A stretch of DNA of 11,645 nucleotides, from NCBI GenBank assembly GCA_027452085.1, contig DAIDHG010000028.1, forward strand, positions 1 through 11,645. Reading direction: 5' to 3'. Shown here in pieces: positions 1 to 6,177 of the stretch. The translations under genes and the position numbers were made by a program. This DNA comes from a bacterium. Lineage in GTDB: Bacteria; Babelota; Babeliae; Babelales; JABCYS01. The number at the start of each line of letters is the position of its first letter. Position 1 is the first letter of the stretch. The notes beneath the pieces were generated by a model. That model saw nothing but the letters and a program-made list of their open reading frames with translations. It had not been told where the DNA came from and searched no databases.

Positions 1-76
1 GAAAAGGGACCCCAGCTGGGCACTAAGATTCATTCGACCAGCACGAATCTTTAAGGGTTTTTATGCGTAAGTCCTG
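1..76. mobile_element. Probable terminus of an insertion sequence/MITE (element would continue off the left edge)
   Basis: Minus strand reads CAGGACTTACGCA from 76 to 64, a motif I recall as an IS/MITE terminal inverted repeat (family not verified). It begins one codon after the second repeat of the 23..529 protein ends (NGGLNY-K|QDLR...), after which the protein loses its repeat character and stops. No transposase is visible in the window. Confidence 0.45.
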
Positions 77-529
77 TTTATAATTTAAACCGCCATTTGT
101 CACCGTAAAACCAGTAATAGCACCGCCAGATATTTGTGCCGTTGCCGTTGCACCTGTGCCTGAGCCAAGGATAGTGACTGATGGATTTGAATAATTTGAA
201 CCACCATTGACCGTGAAGATACCACGAACCACACCATTCGAGACTGCGGCTAAACCTTGCGCACCGGAACCGGTTGCATCGGTAATAATGACAGGGTTAA
301 AGGTTGCCGGATTTGCAGGACTGAAAACAACGTCTTCAGCCAAACAATAGTGGCCAGGCTCATCAATTACATACCCGCTTGTGCCGATATCTTTTTGTGT
401 TATTGCAATGACATTGTCGCAATTATTGTATTTATTGCATTTTCGAGGCCTGCAATTATCAAATTCGCGGGCCGATAATGGGGCCACGAACATCACCAGG
501 CTCAAGGTTATACCAATATATCTTTTCAT
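23..529 (-). CDS. Secreted hypothetical protein with two ~36-aa Gly/Thr-rich repeats; probably C-terminally truncated (possible pseudogene)
   Basis: Likely start is ATG 529 (AAGGA-atgtct-ATG) rather than 628. Signal peptide-like MKRYIGITLSLVMFVAPLSA, then a Cys-rich segment, then ITQKDIG..GYVIDEPGHYCLAEDV (resembles N-caps of parallel beta-helix proteins), then two GxGA...GG.(V/I).G....NGGxNY repeats. Confidence 0.7.
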   Translation of the reverse strand: MKRYIGITLSLVMFVAPLSAREFDNCRPRKCNKYNNCDNVIAITQKDIGTSGYVIDEPGHYCLAEDVVFSPANPATFNPVIITDATGSGAQGLAAVSNGVVRGIFTVNGGSNYSNPSVTILGSGTGATATAQISGGAITGFTVTNGGLNYKQDLRIKTLKDSCWSNES

Positions 530-604
530 AGACATTCCTTGGGGGGTTGAAGATGATGAGAATTGGAAAGCGCAATAGTGCGAAAAGGTGCACATGAAAT
601 AAGA

Positions 605-620
605 AATGAAAGATTTCATT
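605..620. promoter_or_regulatory. Palindromic candidate operator AATGAAA-ga-TTTCATT
   Basis: Perfect 7-2-7 inverted repeat, ~75-90 nt upstream of the ATG at 529. Confidence 0.35.
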
Positions 621-738
621 ATTGACACACCTTTTTGGCATACTTATCTGCTTTTTTGAGCTCAACGCCGTATCGAGCTCAGACAACTACACCCTGAACT
701 TACTACGGATTTAAAAAAAAGATCAAGCAATAATTACT

Positions 739-1569
739 TTACTCGTCGTTTTCGCTCACGCGAATATCATTATCGATGATTTGAATGCGTTCTATTGCAA
801 TTGCCTTGCCTGATTGGGTATCAAGCTCAACAACAACACCGCACAAAATTGCCGGGCCCTGTGTTTCAACTTCAAACCGATGCGGCATTGCGGTCAGCAT
901 GTTGGCCAATATTGGCTCGGGCTTCATGCCAATCATCGAGTTGCGCGCACCGGCCATACCAAGATCGGTAATGAAGGCGGTGCCCTTAGGCAATATTCGC
1001 TCATCAGATGTTTGCACATGCGTATGCGTGCCGACAACAGCAGAAACACGGCCATCTAAATAGATACCCATGCCCGCTTTTTCTGCAGTGGTTTCAGCAT
1101 GGAAGTCGACGATGATAGTTTTTGTTTTCGTGCGTAGAAAGGTAAGCGCTGTATCAGCTGCCCGAAATGGGCAATCGATATGCTGGCTCATAAAGACCCG
1201 GCCTTGAATATTTAAAACGCCAATGACTGTGCCATCAGCAGTGGTAAATGTGGTCACCCCAGTGCCTGGGCAGCCGCTGGGGAAATTCGCTGGTCGTAGA
1301 AGATCTTTGTGATCGGTGATGTATTGATAAACCTCACGCTTTGCCCAGATATGGTTGCCTGAGGTTATTACATCGACACCAAGATGTTTAAAGAACTGTA
1401 CGTTTCGCGAGGTAATACCGCGTCCGTCACCAGTGCTGTTTTCACCGTTGACGATAACACCCTGAACGCGGTATTTATCTCGCATATGTTGTAAATGTTT
1501 TTGTACCATTGCACGGCCAAGTTGACCGACAACATCACCGAGTAAGAGGATGCGTACACTACCTTGCAT
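739..1569 (-). CDS. ymdB: YmdB-family metallophosphoesterase (2',3'-cyclic-nucleotide phosphodiesterase)
   Basis: Motifs GDVVG, NGEN, TSGNH, LLRPANFP, DFHAETTAEK, GTHTHVQT. Lies directly downstream of rny (11-nt overlap), the classic arrangement. Confidence 0.95.
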   Translation of the reverse strand: MQGSVRILLLGDVVGQLGRAMVQKHLQHMRDKYRVQGVIVNGENSTGDGRGITSRNVQFFKHLGVDVITSGNHIWAKREVYQYITDHKDLLRPANFPSGCPGTGVTTFTTADGTVIGVLNIQGRVFMSQHIDCPFRAADTALTFLRTKTKTIIVDFHAETTAEKAGMGIYLDGRVSAVVGTHTHVQTSDERILPKGTAFITDLGMAGARNSMIGMKPEPILANMLTAMPHRFEVETQGPAILCGVVVELDTQSGKAIAIERIQIIDNDIRVSENDE

Positions 1570-3130
1570 ATTCGATTACACGCTTTTCACGAATAACGTT
1601 CACTTTTATCTGGCCAGGGAACGACATTTCGCGCTCAATCTTGCGGGCCACTTCACGAGCAAGCACCAGTGAACGATCATCATCCAATGAATCTTCTTCA
1701 ACAATGATGCGCACTTCACGGCCAGCTTGCAACGCATAGGCCTTCTTCACCCCATCAAACGAAATCGCAATCTCTTCGAGCTTTTCAAGGCGTTTCATGT
1801 ATGCCGTTAGGGTTTCTCGGCGAGCGCCAGGTCGTGACGCTGACATCGTGTCGGCGATCACCACAATCGGACCATAGATTGAAGTAAATGGCACCTCTTC
1901 ATGGTGGGCGGCAATGGCGTTTACAATGATTGGATTTTCGCCGCATCGTTTTGCAATGTCACCACCGATCATCGCATGCGGCCCCTCAACTTCAGCCGTT
2001 ACTGCCTTACCAATATCGTGCAGCAAGCCAGCTCGCTGAGCAATAGCGCCATCAAGACCAAGTTCATCAGCTATGATGCGAGCAAACATGCCCACTTCTT
2101 TTGAGTGAACCAACACATTTTGGCTAAAGCTGGTGCGAAAATGTAATTTACCAAGCAAGGTGACAATCTCTGGATGAATACCTTGCAGGTTGAAATCAAG
2201 CACTGCCTGACGACCATACTCTTGAATAGTATCTTCGATCTCTTTTTCACATTGCGCGACGGTTTCTTCAATACGCGTTGGATTAATGCGGCCGTCCAGG
2301 ATTAATTTTTCCAAGGTGCGCTTAGCTACTTCTCGGCGAATAGGATTAAAGCCAGAGATAATGATCGATTCCGGTGCTTCACCAATCACAAATTCCATGC
2401 CCGTTGCCATTTCAAGAGATTTAATATTTCTGCCTTCCTTACCAATAATGCGGCCTTTCATCTCCTCATTTGGTAAGTGCACCACCCCAGCTGCATGTTG
2501 GCTTACATGCTCAGAGGTGTAGCGTTGCATGGCGCCAATAACGATATTGGCTGAACGATCTTTGGCAACTTCTCTCGCTTCTTCTTCTACCTTTTGCACC
2601 CATTTTTCAGTTGAAAGCTTTACTTCATGCTCAATGGTTTCATACAAAGCAGCGCGCGCATCGTCAACGGTCATGCCGCTGATGCGCTCAAGCTTGGTAA
2701 CCAGTTCAGAATAAAGTGATTTTAATTTCGCTTCATTTGCCCGAAGCTGGTCAGATAGTCTCGTTAGATTTCGCTCCTTCTGCTGGAGCTCAAGTTTTAA
2801 CTCTTCGCAGCGCTGCTCTTTTTTTTCTATAGTTTCGTTTTTCTCATTCAGCCTACTTTGCATGCGCTCTATTTCAAGTCGCTCACGCTTCAATTCTGCT
2901 TCAAACTCTTGGCGTTTTTTATGGAACTCATCCTTGAGCTTGAGCGTGGTATCACGTTTTTCAATTTCAATGTCACGACGAGCATTTACCAACGCTTGCC
3001 GTGCTTCCTCGCCCATCTTTTGCGCCTGCCAGAGTCGGCGCTGAATATAAAATGCAAAGGCTATCGCCGCCGCAATTGCGCACAAAGCAAACAATGCAGA
3101 CGACCAGGTCGCCATGCTAATTGCAATCAT
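1559..3130 (-). CDS. rny: Ribonuclease Y
   Basis: N-terminal TM helix, long coiled coil, KH domain (MKGRIIGKEGRNI), HD domain (LLHDIGK, AAHHEE), ASRPGARRE, C-terminal PGQIKVNVIRE. AGGA RBS 5 nt before the ATG. Confidence 0.98.
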   Translation of the reverse strand: MIAISMATWSSALFALCAIAAAIAFAFYIQRRLWQAQKMGEEARQALVNARRDIEIEKRDTTLKLKDEFHKKRQEFEAELKRERLEIERMQSRLNEKNETIEKKEQRCEELKLELQQKERNLTRLSDQLRANEAKLKSLYSELVTKLERISGMTVDDARAALYETIEHEVKLSTEKWVQKVEEEAREVAKDRSANIVIGAMQRYTSEHVSQHAAGVVHLPNEEMKGRIIGKEGRNIKSLEMATGMEFVIGEAPESIIISGFNPIRREVAKRTLEKLILDGRINPTRIEETVAQCEKEIEDTIQEYGRQAVLDFNLQGIHPEIVTLLGKLHFRTSFSQNVLVHSKEVGMFARIIADELGLDGAIAQRAGLLHDIGKAVTAEVEGPHAMIGGDIAKRCGENPIIVNAIAAHHEEVPFTSIYGPIVVIADTMSASRPGARRETLTAYMKRLEKLEEIAISFDGVKKAYALQAGREVRIIVEEDSLDDDRSLVLAREVARKIEREMSFPGQIKVNVIREKRVIEYAR

Positions 3131-3144
3131 GAAAATCCTAATCT

Positions 3145-3402
3145 TTATATCGAATCAATAAGGGTATCGATTGATGATAGTAGTTTTTTCTCTACCATTC
3201 TCTTTTGACTGACACATTGCAATGCCGCAAGAACAGCTACTTTGCGCGTATCAATAATGCCCGATCGTCGAGCAATATCACCCATTAAAATATCGACCTC
3301 ATCTGCAGCAGATTGAACCTGATCCTCAGATTCATCGCTCAGCAACGTATAAAGCTCACCTGCAATAGTAACTTTAATGCGTCGTGCAATGTTTTTTTCC
3401 AT
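3145..3402 (-). CDS. zapA: Cell division protein ZapA
   Basis: IKVTIAGELYTL...AADEVD..M..I...KVAVLAAL pattern and position upstream of rny. Start revised to ATG 3402 (AGGTG-tgcag-ATG); the ORF track uses GTG 3408. Confidence 0.85.
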   Translation of the reverse strand: MEKNIARRIKVTIAGELYTLLSDESEDQVQSAADEVDILMGDIARRSGIIDTRKVAVLAALQCVSQKRMVEKKLLSSIDTLIDSI

Positions 3403-3410
3403 CTGCACAC

Positions 3411-3662
3411 CTATTTAGCAGGTTGCTCAACCAGCTGGTCAATATTTTTAATAAGATCTGCAACGAACAACTTGGTCTTCTCTTTTTCCGAGCTCAAATT
3501 TTCGATACTTGCTTGCTCCTCAAGAAGATCGTCTTCCAAGGAAGAAATGCGCTTTTTCAAATTCGCAATCTCTTTTTTGTATCCTTCATTCTCGGACTTC
3601 AGTCGCGCTAAAGATTGTGCGACAAGATCAAGTTTATTTTGTAATAGTTCAAAAGTTTCCAT
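3411..3662 (-). CDS. ZapB-like short coiled-coil protein
   Basis: 83-aa heptad-rich protein (FELLQNKLDLVAQSLARLKSENEGYKKEI) immediately upstream of zapA. ATG 3662 follows AAGGTGA. Confidence 0.7.
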   Translation of the reverse strand: METFELLQNKLDLVAQSLARLKSENEGYKKEIANLKKRISSLEDDLLEEQASIENLSSEKEKTKLFVADLIKNIDQLVEQPAK

Positions 3663-3673
3663 AGTCACCTTTC

Positions 3674-3952
3674 ACATTTTTCAGAAGTTTTTTTACCTCT
3701 AAAATATTTACTTCAATGTCAAAACTAAGCATGCCAATTTGTTTACGATGCTTAGTTTTATGTGAGCATTTTTACACTCACATCAAGAGTGTATGAAGAT
3801 ACTCTTTGGAATTTCAAGAACTATTGGCAATAATGCGCAAATTCGTTGTTCTGCCAACACTTTTGCAAGCATATTTCACCACGAGCAACGGTTTTTTACA
3901 TCGTTGCTCGTGCCGCATGCGAGCATGGTTGGTCTACCATTTATGCTCATGC
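3674..3952 (-). other. Array of ~7 consecutive stem-loops between rplT and the zapB-like gene (candidate structured leader/ncRNA)
   Basis: Inverted repeats: 3721-3732/3748-3759 (12 bp perfect), 3760-3766/3777-3783 (7 bp), 3785-3790/3801-3806, 3824-3829/3852-3857, 3880-3890/3902-3912 (11 bp perfect), 3915-3952 (bulged), and a G-U-containing stem 3674-3707 that pairs best on the minus strand. Confidence 0.55.
3788..3817 (-). promoter_or_regulatory. Candidate sigma70-type promoter for zapB-zapA-rny-ymdB
   Basis: Minus strand TTGAAA (3817-3812), 18-nt spacer, TACACT (3793-3788); predicted start near 3781. Confidence 0.5.
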
Positions 3953-3966
3953 CGTTTTTTGCTTGC

Positions 3967-4317
3967 TTATGCTGCCTTGGCAAGGCTTGCAATCTTAGAG
4001 AATACCGCCGGTTCATGAATAGCAATTTGGCTGAGCATTTTGCGATTCAATTCAACGTGCGCCTTCTTAAGACCGTTGATCAATTCATTATATGACATGC
4101 CTTCAGTGCGGGCAGCTGCGCCAATACGGGTAATAAAGAGAGAACGCATATCGCGCTTCTTTAACTTACGGCCTTTGGTAGCAAATGCCATTGCACGAAG
4201 TAAGGTTTCTTTCGCACGCTTAAAGACGTTCTTTCGTTGGCCCCAGAAGCCTTTGGTGCGTTTGAGTAATCTTTTGTGTCTTTTTTTGGTTATTACACCG
4301 CGTTTAATTCTCGTCAT
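3967..4317 (-). CDS. rplT: 50S ribosomal protein L20
   Basis: MTRIKRG...KGFWG...RKLKKRDMRSLFITRI...LNRKMLSQIA; follows infC-rpmI. Confidence 0.98.
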   Translation of the reverse strand: MTRIKRGVITKKRHKRLLKRTKGFWGQRKNVFKRAKETLLRAMAFATKGRKLKKRDMRSLFITRIGAAARTEGMSYNELINGLKKAHVELNRKMLSQIAIHEPAVFSKIASLAKAA

Positions 4318-4326
4318 GTCAAAGTC

Positions 4327-4521
4327 CTAGTTAGGTAGTAGATGAATTAAGTGAATCTTATCAACCGCAGCGACATGGCCTGCTTGCTTCATCTTCCTTT
4401 TTCTTTTCGCAGACTTGCCCGTAAGCAGGTGGCGATGAAAAGCCTTGGTAATCTTAATTGCACCGCTCTTACGCTTTTTGAATCGTTTTTTGGCCCCTGA
4501 GTGGGTTTTCATTTTCGGCAT
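4327..4521 (-). CDS. rpmI: 50S ribosomal protein L35
   Basis: [15 protein letters not shown]...HLLTGKS.KRKR; AAGGA RBS. Confidence 0.98.
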   Translation of the reverse strand: MPKMKTHSGAKKRFKKRKSGAIKITKAFHRHLLTGKSAKRKRKMKQAGHVAAVDKIHLIHLLPN

Positions 4522-4537
4522 ATTAAATCCTTAGTTG

Positions 4538-5119
4538 TTACTTCTTAATGTAGTACATACGAGTCCAAGCCGGACCCATACGAACTTCTTTTTCCATAGC
4601 AAGATGCTGGATACCAGCCTCTTCTAAAGCCTTTTGAATGCGATCAAACATTTCGACACCACGCGCTTGTTGCATTGCCATTTCTCGGCCTCGAAACATG
4701 AGAGTAATTTTCAAACGCATGCCTTCTTGCAAAAAACCAACCGCCTGATTGATCTTGGTTTGAAAATCATGCTCACCAATTTTTGGTCGCAACTTAATTT
4801 CTTTTATCTGAATCACCTTAGCATGTTTCTTGGCTTGCGCTTGCTTCTTTTTCTTCGCATACATTGCCTTGCCATAATCCATTATTTTGGCGACCGGCAC
4901 ACCTTCGCTGCCTTGCTCGGCAATAATCACCAGGTCCAAGTGCGCTAGCTGCGCTTTAGCTAAAGCCTCAGCACGAGTAACGACGCCAAGATTTTGACCA
5001 TCGTCCAAAATAAGCTGCATTCGCGGATAACGAATTTGCTCATTAATAGGTTGGCCACGAGATTGGCTCTGCTCTCTTTTATTGTCTCTTGGGCTTCTAT
5101 CGTATGGGTGATTATTCAT
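4538..5119 (-). CDS. infC: Translation initiation factor IF-3
   Basis: INEQIR, PVAKIMDYGK, IKEIKLRPKIGEHD, FRGRE motifs; upstream of rpmI-rplT. Confidence 0.97.
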   Translation of the reverse strand: MNNHPYDRSPRDNKREQSQSRGQPINEQIRYPRMQLILDDGQNLGVVTRAEALAKAQLAHLDLVIIAEQGSEGVPVAKIMDYGKAMYAKKKKQAQAKKHAKVIQIKEIKLRPKIGEHDFQTKINQAVGFLQEGMRLKITLMFRGREMAMQQARGVEMFDRIQKALEEAGIQHLAMEKEVRMGPAWTRMYYIKK

Positions 5120-5124
5120 AGTGT

Positions 5125-6168
5125 TTATGGTTTTTCCTTAAGTGCCTGTAGAACTGCTTGCTCAATCTTGGCAGCCGTATCCGGATGCTCTTTCAAGTAA
5201 GCAAGGGCTTGATCACGACCTTGAGCTATTTTGGTTTTCTCAAATGAGAACCAAGAGCCATTTTGCTCAACAACTTCTGTTTGCAATGCAGCATCTAATA
5301 GATCAAGCTCATGTGAAATGCCTTCGTTAAATAATAGGTCAAGTTCAACTTTCTTAAACGGTGGCGCCACCTTATTTTTAACCACTTTCACTACAATGCG
5401 GTTGCCAAATTGAACATCATCCTTTTTCAAGCTGGCAATGCGGCGCACATCCAAGCGCAATGAAGCATAAAACTTCAGCGCGTTACCACCAGTCGTCGTC
5501 TCTTTATTGGCAAACGGCATAGAATTGATGGTATGGCGAATTTGGTTTATGAAAATAAGAACGGTTTTTGATTTATGTACTACCGGCGTGAGCTTACGTA
5601 ATGCCTGGGACATCAAACGGGCCTGCAAGCCCACATGGGCATCGCCCATCTCGCCTTCAAGCTCAGCCTTTGGAACCAAGGCGGCTACCGAGTCGATGAC
5701 CACCATATCAATGGCGCCAGAGCGAACCAGCATCTCCGCAATATCCAAGGCCTGCTCACCGTAATCCGGTTGAGAAATAATAAGATTTTCTACATCTACC
5801 CCGAGCTTTGCTGCATGGGTAGAATCAAGGGCGTGTTCAGCATCAATAAATGCACAGATGCCACCGCGGCGTTGTGCCTGCGCAATAGCATGCATTGCTA
5901 AGGTTGTTTTACCTGATGCTTCAGGCCCAAAGATTTCAATAATACGGCCGCGAGGATATCCTCCCACGCCTAATGCATGGTCGATGAGGATGGAGCCGGT
6001 AGGAACGGTGTCTATGTTGGTGCTTTTTGCATCGCCCAACAACATAACGGCGCCTTTGCCGTATTGCTTATCGATTTGTGTAAAAGTTACTTCTAACGCT
6101 TTTTTGCGAGAGGCTAAGGTTTCTCTCGTTTCCGCAGCTGATTGCTCGCGGTTCTTTTCTTTTTCCAC
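5125..6168 (-). CDS. recA: Recombinase RecA
   Basis: [21 protein letters not shown] (Walker A), [50 protein letters not shown] start follows AAGGA. Confidence 0.99.
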   Translation of the reverse strand: MEKEKNREQSAAETRETLASRKKALEVTFTQIDKQYGKGAVMLLGDAKSTNIDTVPTGSILIDHALGVGGYPRGRIIEIFGPEASGKTTLAMHAIAQAQRRGGICAFIDAEHALDSTHAAKLGVDVENLIISQPDYGEQALDIAEMLVRSGAIDMVVIDSVAALVPKAELEGEMGDAHVGLQARLMSQALRKLTPVVHKSKTVLIFINQIRHTINSMPFANKETTTGGNALKFYASLRLDVRRIASLKKDDVQFGNRIVVKVVKNKVAPPFKKVELDLLFNEGISHELDLLDAALQTEVVEQNGSWFSFEKTKIAQGRDQALAYLKEHPDTAAKIEQAVLQALKEKP

Positions 6169-6177
6169 CAGGATCCT

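Noticed and set aside
530..628. N-terminal extension of ORF 23..628 and the overlapping ORF 459..686
   Set aside because: The RBS and signal peptide point to ATG 529. The extension looks like intergenic sequence.
622..650. Perfect TTGACA on the plus strand
   Set aside because: No acceptable -10 at 16-18 nt spacing and no plus-strand gene downstream.
656..681. TGAGCTC/GAGCTCA hairpin as the ymdB terminator
   Set aside because: It is followed by an A run on the minus strand and preceded (not followed) by T's on the plus strand, so it is not a canonical intrinsic terminator in either direction.
3695..3722. Perfect TTGACA on the minus strand (3722-3717) as the zapB promoter
   Set aside because: No convincing -10 hexamer at the correct spacing.
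3721..3952. Hairpin series as a CRISPR array
   Set aside because: Stems differ in sequence, there are no identical direct repeats with regular spacers, and no cas genes are present.
3793..4095. Plus-strand 100-aa ORF (and 3806..4018) across the hairpin spacer
   Set aside because: Overlaps rplT antisense, has no recognisable motif and only a weak RBS; better explained as a shadow ORF.
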